Part shown: positions 18,490 to 27,525 of the stretch, piece by piece
Layout: each line of letters opens with the position of its first letter
How positions within the stretch are numbered: position 1 is the first letter of the stretch
Sequence record: OR413585.1
Reading direction: 5' to 3' (one strand)
Length of the DNA: 64,000 nt
Made by a program: the position numbers and the translations under genes
The notes under the pieces: generated by a model
What the model saw: only the letters and a program-made list of their open reading frames with translations
Database searches by the model: none
Told to the model about the DNA's origin: nothing

Positions 18490-18530
18490 GTACCTCTACT
18501 CACGTAGAGGTACGGAATCTTTCTTTTTTG
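18490..18530. terminator. Bidirectional terminator
   Basis: GTACCTCTAC-TCAC-GTAGAGGTAC between convergent genes, with an A-rich left flank and T-rich right flank. Confidence 0.7.
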
Positions 18531-19343
18531 TTACGACTTGAAGCGACCACCGTTCATGTAGTTCCAACGGTTTCCGATGTTGTCGTTGTGAACCAAGCAA
18601 CGTTGCATTTTCGGCAAGGTGTCTTCGAACATTTGACCCGCGTCCGAGTAACCTTCAATAACGTTTCTGAAGGCACCGAACTCCATACCATTTTCCAGTT
18701 TACCAGAATCCATGTCGAAGATCATGGTGTTGTAGATATATTGCTTAACAGCCATAACTGCCAGCTCACCTACAACCGGATAGAAGGCCGGCTTGATTTC
18801 GTTCATCTCCTGGGACAGTTCGTACTTCACCACGAGTTTGGTAGAGTAAACGAACATGCCTGGGTCTTTGATACGGATGGTATTCGGGCCGAGTACCTCG
18901 ACCTCTGGTGAGGCGATACGTGGCATCGCCGACTGACTATCAACCACTTGCTGGGTGGATGCTAATACGCCAGAGGTGGCACCGTCCAGATATGAACCTG
19001 CGGGAGGCATGGTGTACGCCTGTCCGGCAACGGGTGTTACAGAAATGTGGGCATCCAGAATAGGACGACCGCCTGTTTTGATGTCGTCGAGATAATACAC
19101 GCGACTGAAATAATCTTGCGTGTCGTTATCCCAAGGGACACCTTGCAAATCTACTTCTTGATACTGCCCCATTCTGGAGATTTCAGGGACCAGAATCTCA
19201 CGAATAACACGTTGTTGGATTTCGTTATCTACAGAGCTTGCAATTCCCAGTAACTTGAGGTTTTCTGGAACAAAAGCCGCCTGTAGAATCGGGGCAGGAA
19301 TATGCTGTCTGATTTTACGCAGACAGTAGTCGATAACATTCAT
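18531..19343 (-). CDS. Hypothetical protein, possibly virion-associated (270 aa)
   Basis: Start moved from 19595 to the ATG at 19343 (MNVIDYCL), preceded by AGGAG on the minus strand; this removes the overlap with the 19507 gene. Confidence 0.65.
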   Translation of the reverse strand: MNVIDYCLRKIRQHIPAPILQAAFVPENLKLLGIASSVDNEIQQRVIREILVPEISRMGQYQEVDLQGVPWDNDTQDYFSRVYYLDDIKTGGRPILDAHISVTPVAGQAYTMPPAGSYLDGATSGVLASTQQVVDSQSAMPRIASPEVEVLGPNTIRIKDPGMFVYSTKLVVKYELSQEMNEIKPAFYPVVGELAVMAVKQYIYNTMIFDMDSGKLENGMEFGAFRNVIEGYSDAGQMFEDTLPKMQRCLVHNDNIGNRWNYMNGGRFKS

Positions 19344-19463
19344 TCTAAGGCTCCTATGAAGCTCGTAGGACAACTCATACCATCGGGTAATGCTATCCCA
19401 TTGCCTGACATTAAAATACGTTTTACGACCTTTATGTGCGCACCATACTCGAAGAAATTTTGC

Positions 19464-19476
19464 ATAGATATTATCT
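19464..19476 (+). promoter_or_regulatory. Candidate early promoter/operator ATAGATATTATCT
   Basis: Repeat motif 30 nt upstream of the 19507 operon. Confidence 0.55.
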
Positions 19477-19506
19477 TCGTGAATTATCCTTAAGGAGCAT
19501 TTCTCG

Positions 19507-19827
19507 ATGACGCGCATGTTCTTTAATTTCTCTCCAGGGACAAATGAACAGATTGTGCCTGCGGACATGTTACTGTGCGCGATACAAGAAGTCATTTATC
19601 CCGGCACGCATGAGTTTCCACGCGAGTGGACACGCATTGCCGAAAGTTATTTTGGCACGGAAGCGTGGTTTGTTATTTCGGCGTTGGGCCGAAACCATAG
19701 CTATCCCTTTCATTACAAAAATGGAGTTGTGCAAACGTGGTCAGAATATACCTCGAACCAGCTGCGGTTCATTCTAGCTTCTGGGGGCCTGTCGATGCTT
19801 CCCAGTACGCTACCGCTCTGCGGATGA
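19507..19827 (+). CDS. Hypothetical protein (106 aa)
   Basis: AAGGAG RBS; first gene of a coupled operon. Confidence 0.7.
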   Translation: MTRMFFNFSPGTNEQIVPADMLLCAIQEVIYPGTHEFPREWTRIAESYFGTEAWFVISALGRNHSYPFHYKNGVVQTWSEYTSNQLRFILASGGLSMLPSTLPLCG

Positions 19828-20387
19828 GCCAAAAAGAACGCGAGATGTTAACTGTACAACTGTTACACACTGCGCTCGAAGATATCTTTTACTCCGTTCC
19901 GGAAATGCCTAATGCACGTATGGAACCTTTGCTGGAACCTTATACTGACGCTTTTAATCTCACGATGATGTTGGTGGCTGACCAGATCATACTTCCACCG
20001 AAAACAGTTCCTGTGGAACGTACACACGTTTCCAGTGGCGGTTTGGGTACTCCGGTTAATAAGACGAAAGAGACCGTAGCGATTTTACGTTCTACCGAAT
20101 ATCTTATCGGATTAGCATTCGAAGACTGTTACAACAGTTTCCTGGACAGTATCCATGCGCTTGTGGAGAATGCTGTGAAAGCCGCCAAACACCCGTTTAA
20201 TCGTTATGCGACGATTAAACTGGAACCACACATAACCCGTCGTGGGCAGGTGCAATCTCTGGAGTTACAAATTGGAGAAGACATCAGATTCATCCACTAC
20301 CGCCAATGCTTCCCAAACAAACGATATCGTCCGTCTGGTACTGATCGATCACATTGCCTCGACGGCATACGTCAGGATATTGAATGA
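19824..20387 (+). CDS. Hypothetical protein (187 aa)
   Basis: Start moved to the ATGA overlap with the previous stop. Confidence 0.65.
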   Translation: MSQKEREMLTVQLLHTALEDIFYSVPEMPNARMEPLLEPYTDAFNLTMMLVADQIILPPKTVPVERTHVSSGGLGTPVNKTKETVAILRSTEYLIGLAFEDCYNSFLDSIHALVENAVKAAKHPFNRYATIKLEPHITRRGQVQSLELQIGEDIRFIHYRQCFPNKRYRPSGTDRSHCLDGIRQDIE

Positions 20388-20709
20388 CCCTAGCGACATC
20401 ATGTTCAGCATGTATGATGTTAACACGGGGTTGAAGCATATCATTCTCTGTATGCTCGAATACATGATTCCGACATTTACAGAACACGGTGCGTGGGACA
20501 CAGAAACAGTCTCACTGATTGTTAGGTGTTATCGTCCCAGAAGTCATTCGCGGGAAATCCACACCATCGCGTCACACGTTCATCGTGCTATCTGTGAGGA
20601 AATGGGCATTCCTCCGAAAGGGTATCGGTATCATTATAATCAAGCAGACAGAATTCTCCGTTTCATTCCACGTAAGGTAACAGATGTCTATGATGACGGT
20701 TTATACTGA
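20242..20709 (+). CDS. Hypothetical protein (start uncertain; 20380 or 20401 more likely)
   Basis: Open frame within the operon; the called start overlaps the previous gene heavily. Confidence 0.5.
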   Translation: MGRCNLWSYKLEKTSDSSTTANASQTNDIVRLVLIDHIASTAYVRILNDPSDIMFSMYDVNTGLKHIILCMLEYMIPTFTEHGAWDTETVSLIVRCYRPRSHSREIHTIASHVHRAICEEMGIPPKGYRYHYNQADRILRFIPRKVTDVYDDGLY

Positions 20710-21091
20710 GTTCGTGCGATTGACTTGCCGACTCACCGCACTCGTCAAAGAGAATCTCGGCATCGATTACCAGGATGCTGCGGTAGAGCTTGACGACTAT
20801 ATCGAGCAAATTGTTCGGTTGCACGTTCTGCGGAAAAAATATGGCGTTATCGATAGCATGATACGCCAGTTCTTTATGGAGTATGTTCACGATAACCCAA
20901 TCATTACTCCAACCACGTCGGCAAAATACTGGGCTCTTTGTCGATTTGAGTTGTTGATACGGGACACCGATTGCATCTGGCAAGCAATCGACGAGGACAT
21001 GACTTATTTACCACAATCCGACTTTCTCCTCTGGCATGTAGGAGACGGTGTCTGGAAAATGTTAACTACAGGGGTTACTTACAATGATTGA
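20684..21091 (+). CDS. Hypothetical protein (135 aa)
   Basis: Overlapping ORF in the operon, preceded by AAGGT. Confidence 0.65.
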   Translation: MSMMTVYTEFVRLTCRLTALVKENLGIDYQDAAVELDDYIEQIVRLHVLRKKYGVIDSMIRQFFMEYVHDNPIITPTTSAKYWALCRFELLIRDTDCIWQAIDEDMTYLPQSDFLLWHVGDGVWKMLTTGVTYND

Positions 21092-21593
21092 GCGATCTCA
21101 TTTTTATATCCCCGGCTATCAGTTATTGGCTGGGCCGTTAACGGAGTTTTCGCCAAACGATGTGCTCCGCGAAGTGAATGACGATTTGAACTCGATAATC
21201 AATACCGCCATGAGCTTCGTGGAACGTGGAACCATTGGTAGTGAGTTAAAGTTTATGATGAACAATACCTTTGGGTTTGTTTCTCGTACACTGAATGCGC
21301 ACGGCATTGTGTTGGAAAATGAGCAAGTAATCACTTACGGCACCGCAATTCAAAACATCGGTCGTGCGTATATGACCGCCGTATCGCAGTCTCCTTATTG
21401 GTTTACTCACTACGGTCGTTGGGTCGGTGCACAATACACAACGCGCAATCCGGCGGATGTCGAATTCTTATTAGACTATAACGGTGGTGATAAATTCCCA
21501 CAGTTTGCCAGCCAAGAAGCGTACGAGCGAATCACCCCACAACTTCTGCCTGTTATCGATTTGCTTATCGGTAATCTCGGAGGTCGTGTATGA
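21084..21593 (+). CDS. Hypothetical protein (169 aa)
   Basis: Overlaps the previous stop; AGGGG RBS. Confidence 0.7.
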   Translation: MIERSHFYIPGYQLLAGPLTEFSPNDVLREVNDDLNSIINTAMSFVERGTIGSELKFMMNNTFGFVSRTLNAHGIVLENEQVITYGTAIQNIGRAYMTAVSQSPYWFTHYGRWVGAQYTTRNPADVEFLLDYNGGDKFPQFASQEAYERITPQLLPVIDLLIGNLGGRV

Positions 21594-22078
21594 GCGTTCT
21601 GTTTGATGTGGCGGATATTGCGAACCAATATAGCGCGACTCGGTTTTACGAGCATGTTCGTGAAGCGGCATTGCGTGTACTGGAAGCCAGTAACCTGGAG
21701 ATTGATGAAACACAGATACGTGATTTTTATCAACGTTTTGCGTTTGCGTATATCATCGGTGTGAAAACTCGTGACCCTTCGACGATGGTTGATTTGTTAC
21801 AGGAAGACACGCTTGAACCTCTGGGCAATTGGGAGTTGGTGTCCGATGGTCTGTCCGTTGACCAGTTCGCTAAGGAAACGTCTGTCGATACGACGTTTCT
21901 GGCAGCACAAGGTTCGCCCGAACAACATCAAGCCGCCTTCGGCGCTGCGGTAAGTTTGCTGGCCGAAGAGTTAACAAACTTAACTGGTTTTGCTGGGCTG
22001 ATAGAGTCGCTGTATCCGGGGCGATATCAAACGTATGTGGGTGATAGTTTTAACGATGTGGTGTTAATCTGCGAATGA
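21590..22078 (+). CDS. Hypothetical protein (162 aa)
   Basis: ATGA coupling, GGAGG RBS. Confidence 0.72.
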   Translation: MSVLFDVADIANQYSATRFYEHVREAALRVLEASNLEIDETQIRDFYQRFAFAYIIGVKTRDPSTMVDLLQEDTLEPLGNWELVSDGLSVDQFAKETSVDTTFLAAQGSPEQHQAAFGAAVSLLAEELTNLTGFAGLIESLYPGRYQTYVGDSFNDVVLICE

Positions 22079-22506
22079 AACTGTACATGACCATAGGCGA
22101 AGTCTTCAAATATGAGTCGTTGTTGGCACGGGCCGAGATTGCTGATACTAGCGAGATCGAGCCCGCTGTCGCTTATTTGTTTCTGGCCAGTTACGCCGAA
22201 TTAACGGTACGTTCTATTGTTAATGGGCTAGGTAAGGGTAAGAACTTTCTTACTTTTATTCCCCCAGACCCTGCGTTGATACTGGAACAGTTGCGCGGGC
22301 TGTGGGGTACTGAAAAGGTGCTGCCTCTAAACTGCTACAGCATGAGCAGTGGGATTAAGGATGATGTTCGGTTCTATGAAATCCTTTCCGTGATAGAACG
22401 TGTGTGGGGCATGGCTGGCTTGACTCCAGAAGACGGAGCAAAAAAGACAAAGGTTTCACTCCTTATGAATGAAATTGGCAACGCACTCATCTGTGTTGAA
22501 TGTTAA
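22075..22506 (+). CDS. Hypothetical protein (143 aa)
   Basis: ATGA coupling. Confidence 0.65.
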   Translation: MKLYMTIGEVFKYESLLARAEIADTSEIEPAVAYLFLASYAELTVRSIVNGLGKGKNFLTFIPPDPALILEQLRGLWGTEKVLPLNCYSMSSGIKDDVRFYEILSVIERVWGMAGLTPEDGAKKTKVSLLMNEIGNALICVEC

Positions 22507-22515
22507 GGAGTACGA

Positions 22516-23115
22516 ATGATCTACAAGGTGATCGCCAACCACTTGATTAATGTGGACTTGGGGGTCGTGGGGTATCTTCCGGACGGTAAGCGGTTTTTGG
22601 ATTTGGTGGTTGACACCGTGGTCCGCCTACCGCGTATCACCGTGGAGATACCCGTAAAAGAATTGGACCAGGACGAGATACACGAACTTATACGTGAAAC
22701 GCTGACTAGCTATACGTACGAGTTTCGCTGCATGTTGCCTCGCACCGACCTTACGTTCTTGCACGACTTCTTTACGTTACTGACTGACGAGTACCGTCGG
22801 TGGAAGTTTAATGTTGCAATGGAAGCCAGCACTGTGTCACATTTTAACGGGCTGACACCATTGTTAGATTTAGCGTTGATGTACAAAGAGCAAGACAGTT
22901 CACACTGGGCTACGCTCAAGCACTACACGTTGGATCTAATGGCGACCGCCGTAACGGAGGCAGTTATGGCGCATTATGTTGAGCCGGTGAAGATGTTCTT
23001 AGAGGCGCATAATGGCGCTATCCGTACGTTGGTTCTCAAGGTGGACTTCCCGAAAACACCAGTGACCAATGCTTTGGATATGAGGCTGCTTATTGATGTT
23101 CCTGAGGAGGAATAA
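22516..23115 (+). CDS. Hypothetical protein (199 aa)
   Basis: AAGGAG RBS. Confidence 0.72.
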   Translation: MIYKVIANHLINVDLGVVGYLPDGKRFLDLVVDTVVRLPRITVEIPVKELDQDEIHELIRETLTSYTYEFRCMLPRTDLTFLHDFFTLLTDEYRRWKFNVAMEASTVSHFNGLTPLLDLALMYKEQDSSHWATLKHYTLDLMATAVTEAVMAHYVEPVKMFLEAHNGAIRTLVLKVDFPKTPVTNALDMRLLIDVPEEE

Positions 23116-23525
23116 TGTTCGATTTACGCACACTGGTCGCTGGGCAAAAAGTTAACATTGTTTACGACACCCCTTTGAAAGGGCAAGAGACGCGTGTAAT
23201 TATTCTGGCAACCGGCGTTGGCTACGAGATGGCCAAAAGTTATATGGATGTGATGGCGGAGCAGAAGAATATCTACTCGTCAATCGTTTCCCAGCCAGAA
23301 GATAATGTGAACAAATACACGTATCTGATTTTCAAAGGTGTTGACGGCAAACCAAAAGTTGCTGCCGATGCCTGGATTCGTGATGTTCAGATTATCGAAA
23401 ACACGAAGGTGCGCTTCACCGTCACCCTGGATAACAAACAGGAGATTGACGACCTTAAACGTGCCCTGGCTGCCAATGGTTTCAATGACGTCGATTTTGA
23501 AATCGTTGAGAGTATTGCCGGTTAA
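23115..23525 (+). CDS. Hypothetical protein (136 aa)
   Basis: TAATG coupling, GAGGAGG RBS. Confidence 0.75.
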   Translation: MFDLRTLVAGQKVNIVYDTPLKGQETRVIILATGVGYEMAKSYMDVMAEQKNIYSSIVSQPEDNVNKYTYLIFKGVDGKPKVAADAWIRDVQIIENTKVRFTVTLDNKQEIDDLKRALAANGFNDVDFEIVESIAG

Positions 23526-23528
23526 AGT

Positions 23529-23562
23529 AAGCCCACTCTTCGGAGTGGGTTATTTTTTTTTC
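23529..23562 (+). terminator. Intrinsic terminator
   Basis: AAGCCCACTC-TTCG-GAGTGGGTT followed by a T run. Confidence 0.82.
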
Positions 23563-23617
23563 TTTTTTCACGTATCCCGCAAGTCTTATAGCTGAGTAAA
23601 AAACCAAGGGGCCAGAC

Positions 23618-25897
23618 GTGGACTACAATTCACCATTTCGTCTTAGTCAAGACGAGTATCATCGCGACATTGACGTTATCGATGCGTACTACGAACAACT
23701 GGCGCTCTACATTCATACCGTCACCAACGGGAAATATTCTTTGGAGTTCTGTCGACAGCAGGTCGAAGAAATGTTCCAACCTGGTGGTGAGTTAGTACAC
23801 GAATTCCCCGTGTGTAAGATGTGGGTGCGCAATCAAAAGACCGGCGATCGCGAAGAAAAATACACCACGGTAGATAAACTGTTCCGTACAGTGATTGATA
23901 AGCAGATTATTTCTGCACCGTCGTTGACTTTCTATTTGCCGGAACATGTCAAGCGCTCTAAGCTTGCTGAATTTACCGCAGAGAACGTGCGTAAGCGTGC
24001 GGTTGTTAAGAAAGAGATGTACGCAGCAGGTGCTGCGGGTAATGAAGTTCTGCGTATTAACAAAAAGAACGAACAGAACGCTGTTAAGACGTTGAACAAC
24101 GGGATGTCGGGTGCATTCTCATCACCGTACACGGTAATCTTTAACCAGTCTTCGCACTCTGTATTGACGTCAACCTGCCGTACGGCTACATCGTTCGGTA
24201 ACGCGGGCAACGAACGTCTACTGGGCGGTAATCGTCACTACGACACGCCGTCCCGTGTTATCGACCACTTACTGTCTATTGGTACACTGACTAACTTTGC
24301 GGAGTTCAAGAGGTGTATGGAACTCTATAACCTCCACTACCCAACAGTGGACGAGGTTATGGAAGTGGTTATGTACTCTGCAGAGTTTTACTTCCGTAAC
24401 GACGAAGGGCTGGGGTTCATTCGTCACTACGTCGGTAATTGTAGCCCGCTGGTACGTGCAGCGTTTGTCTACATGGGTGACTTCTACCACCTGGCGAAAT
24501 ACAACGATGAATTCATGCGCGGATTTATCGGTGCGCTGATTGCCGAGGAGATGGAAGACGAGATCACCGATTGGGATGCTGCTGAGCGCTCTATCGACGG
24601 TGACATGCAGATCATTATCTCGCAGTTCCGTACTGATATCGTGCCGTTAGGTAAGTCGTTCTCTGACGTTAAACTCAAAGACGAAAACACGAACAAAGCG
24701 GAACCGTGGGATAAGCAGGAAAAATACAAAGAGCTGATTCGCTCAGCTGTGTATCTGCAGAAAACCATCGGTAAGTACGCGTGCTTGATTCGTAATATCC
24801 TGACTACCAAAAACCTGCCGATTAACATTGCCAGGATGCCTGACGTAGTTCGTCGTGTCGGTGTGGTATCTGATACCGACTCCACGATGATGACTGCACA
24901 GTGGTGGGCACAGTGGTATACCGGTCAACATTACGGTCGTGAAGCTACGCGCGTATCGGATGCGATGATTTATATTGCAACCCAGCACTTACGTCATCTG
25001 ATGGCGAGTATGTCGGCGAACATCGGTGTGGCGAAAGAGCGTCTGTTTTTGTACGCAATGAAGAACGAATTTAAGTTCGACTCCTTTGCGTTAACCACAA
25101 AAGCAAAACACTACTTCTCCATCATCACTGGCCAGGAAGGACAATTGAAGTCCGACCCTGAGTTAGAAGTTAAAGGTGTGTCTTTACGTACGTCGAACAT
25201 ACCGCCTGTGGTCATGAAAGAGTTCAAACGCACGATTAAAGAACTCTGTGAGATTGTAGCGCGCGGCGATAAGATTAAGATTCTGCCTCTGCTGGAAAAG
25301 GTTGCTGCAATTGAGCACGTTGTGGTGGACTCTATTCGTGCTGGTAAAGCAGGCTACCTGAAAACAACCAACGTCAAAGACCGTAGTGCGTACTCTGAAG
25401 ATGATGAAAAGAGCTACCACTACCACCGCATGTACAACGCCATCTTTGGACCGAAGTACGGCTACCTGGACGAACCGCCTTATGACGCCGTGAAACTTCC
25501 GGTAAACCTGGAGAACAAAACAGCCGTTAAAGAGTGGCTGGAAAACATTAAAGACCCGATGATTAAGACCACTGCAACACGGTGGTTCGAAGAGAACAAC
25601 TATCGCACCTATCGTACTCTGATACTGCCAGAGTTCTTGGTGGAAAACTTCGGTATTCCTCCGGAGCTGATTGATGCTGCAGACACACGTCGAAGCGCAT
25701 TCTCCACAGTAGAACCTTACTATCACATCCTGGAATGTCTGGGTGTCTTCATGATGGACAAGAACAGAACTCGTCTGCTTTCGGATTACTACGGCGAGTC
25801 CGTAGACTCGGTCAAGGAAGAATTAGGTAGCGGCGAGTACGTTAAGAAATCTGAACGTGATGGAGAGGAAGAGGATGGGGAAGAAGCGGAGGAGTAA
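23618..25897 (+). CDS. Split B-family DNA polymerase, C-terminal (fingers/palm/thumb) subunit
   Basis: Motif B-like QNAVKTLNNGMSG and motif C-like VVSDTDS; lacks exonuclease motifs and motif A, which lie in the 54382-56166 gene. Confidence 0.85.
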   Translation: MDYNSPFRLSQDEYHRDIDVIDAYYEQLALYIHTVTNGKYSLEFCRQQVEEMFQPGGELVHEFPVCKMWVRNQKTGDREEKYTTVDKLFRTVIDKQIISAPSLTFYLPEHVKRSKLAEFTAENVRKRAVVKKEMYAAGAAGNEVLRINKKNEQNAVKTLNNGMSGAFSSPYTVIFNQSSHSVLTSTCRTATSFGNAGNERLLGGNRHYDTPSRVIDHLLSIGTLTNFAEFKRCMELYNLHYPTVDEVMEVVMYSAEFYFRNDEGLGFIRHYVGNCSPLVRAAFVYMGDFYHLAKYNDEFMRGFIGALIAEEMEDEITDWDAAERSIDGDMQIIISQFRTDIVPLGKSFSDVKLKDENTNKAEPWDKQEKYKELIRSAVYLQKTIGKYACLIRNILTTKNLPINIARMPDVVRRVGVVSDTDSTMMTAQWWAQWYTGQHYGREATRVSDAMIYIATQHLRHLMASMSANIGVAKERLFLYAMKNEFKFDSFALTTKAKHYFSIITGQEGQLKSDPELEVKGVSLRTSNIPPVVMKEFKRTIKELCEIVARGDKIKILPLLEKVAAIEHVVVDSIRAGKAGYLKTTNVKDRSAYSEDDEKSYHYHRMYNAIFGPKYGYLDEPPYDAVKLPVNLENKTAVKEWLENIKDPMIKTTATRWFEENNYRTYRTLILPEFLVENFGIPPELIDAADTRRSAFSTVEPYYHILECLGVFMMDKNRTRLLSDYYGESVDSVKEELGSGEYVKKSERDGEEEDGEEAEE

Positions 25898-25953
25898 GAA
25901 TAAGTCACGATCGTGTGTACCACAAACAATAACCGTTACGGGGGTGGAAGGGT

Positions 25954-26154
25954 ATGTATCGAAATAGTGGGAAGTCCACAGAGATGATAACCGCAATCCG
26001 TCGCGACCTCGAAGAACGGGGTTGCGTGGATATTGAGTTACATCAGGCAGGCGAAACGGTGCATATCACGGCATTGGATGCCAAACGGAAACGTAGTATC
26101 ACTGTGTGGGGTAAACCATACGCAAGTGACTTCACGGAGACGATAAAATACTAG
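25954..26154 (+). CDS. Hypothetical protein (66 aa)
   Basis: GGAAGG RBS; short ORF before a terminator. Confidence 0.55.
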   Translation: MYRNSGKSTEMITAIRRDLEERGCVDIELHQAGETVHITALDAKRKRSITVWGKPYASDFTETIKY

Positions 26155-26175
26155 ACAGACAAAAAATAAAAAAAG

Positions 26176-26205
26176 AACTACACACCGAAGTGTGTAGTTT
26201 TTGTA
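26176..26205. terminator. Bidirectional terminator
   Basis: AACTACACAC-CGAA-GTGTGTAGTT (UUCG loop on the minus strand), with a long A run left and a T run right. Confidence 0.8.
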
Positions 26206-26251
26206 TATAGTATGAATACTCGAAAGAGTGTTCGCGAGGAGAGAGTAAGTC

Positions 26252-27319
26252 TTATTTTTCTTCTAGCTCTGTCGTCAACGGGATAATCAAATCCCGTTGG
26301 ATAAAGTTATAGAAGGATTTGGTCAGACGTGTGAGGACTTTAGAGTCCACATAACGCGCCAAATCAACCAACATCGTACGTTTATGCTTTTCCATATTCC
26401 CCTGGTTGTATTGAAGACAAAACAGTGCCCAGTACCAGTTCACCATGTTCTGGTGCCAGGTGTTCTGCAGCGTTTGACCTGGTTCTCGAAAGACAATCAG
26501 TTCCAGTGCTGTGTGGCCTTCTTCATCAGGGTGTTGGAAGAACAATGGGATGTTGTTTAAGACTTGTCCCGGTAACGGGTTGGCAGCCAGTAGTTTACTA
26601 CGGATGCCTTTTGCGTGCTTCACAGCTAAAGCTTGAAGCGGCGGAACAGGAATGACACGTAATGTTTCATCCGGTTCAATCTCTTTCCCGAAGGCTATCG
26701 CACGATGTATATTTACAAAGGCGATATCCATGTAGCTCGGCAACATGCGAGAGATCACATGTCGTTGGAGATACACAGGTGTGGCAATAGGTTCGGTACC
26801 GCGACTGTAGTGCTGCTGACCTTTGACATATTGCCAAAGCAAAGCAACCAGGTTGATTTCGATCACCGTAACACCTCGGGGCCGTCCGTCACCGAACTTC
26901 CAATTGAGGTTGGTATACTCATGGTAGAGGTAACGGGCGGGGGTGTAGTCGCGGAACGAAAGGTCTGGATTTACTGGGCGGGCTACGAGAGAGATTACCT
27001 CATCTTGGCCCTGGATAAACTTGCTATTAAAGATTTGACCGTACTCACCAACAGACGTCAAGCGTAAGGCGTTACCGATCTGAACAAGTTTGCGACGGCA
27101 AGCCCATTCGATGTCTTCGTACTCTGGTTCACCGGCATAGCCGATGGCAGACAACACCTCTTGCAACAAATGGCCATTACCAGCACTGCGATTAAGCTGT
27201 TCGTAGTAGTTGCGTATACGCTGGCTGTTGTTTTTTACGTGAGCCGCTAATGTTATAGCGGAGGGGTCCGTGTTGTGACCCTTTATGGCCACTTGGTTTA
27301 ACTCGGCTTGGCTGAACAT
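26252..27319 (-). CDS. Conserved hypothetical, probably virion protein (355 aa)
   Basis: Start moved to the ATG at 27319 after AAGGAG; TATG lies just upstream on the minus strand; divergent from chimallin. Confidence 0.65.
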   Translation of the reverse strand: MFSQAELNQVAIKGHNTDPSAITLAAHVKNNSQRIRNYYEQLNRSAGNGHLLQEVLSAIGYAGEPEYEDIEWACRRKLVQIGNALRLTSVGEYGQIFNSKFIQGQDEVISLVARPVNPDLSFRDYTPARYLYHEYTNLNWKFGDGRPRGVTVIEINLVALLWQYVKGQQHYSRGTEPIATPVYLQRHVISRMLPSYMDIAFVNIHRAIAFGKEIEPDETLRVIPVPPLQALAVKHAKGIRSKLLAANPLPGQVLNNIPLFFQHPDEEGHTALELIVFREPGQTLQNTWHQNMVNWYWALFCLQYNQGNMEKHKRTMLVDLARYVDSKVLTRLTKSFYNFIQRDLIIPLTTELEEK

Positions 27320-27371
27320 GGCAGACTCCTTAGATTCCACATAGGAAGTCAGTCACAGTCAAAAATATCTC

Positions 27372-27479
27372 AGATTGATATTATCTATGTGACAGTTCCT
27401 GAGAAATGTCTGGACTATGTGCCTTGTAAGTAAGCGACGGCGTACTTGCATTCCATGAAATTACAGGCAGATATTATCT
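27372..27479 (+). promoter_or_regulatory. Tandem candidate early promoters upstream of chimallin
   Basis: AGATTGATATTATCT (27372) and CAGATATTATCT (27468). Confidence 0.55.
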
Positions 27480-27525
27480 CTGCGAACCGAACTATGATTG
27501 CAATCACTATTAAGGAATATTTAAA

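Noticed and set aside
19737-20709. Frameshift linking the overlapping ORFs at 19737 and 20242
   Set aside because: Overlaps are explained by over-extended start calls; no slippery heptamer was seen.
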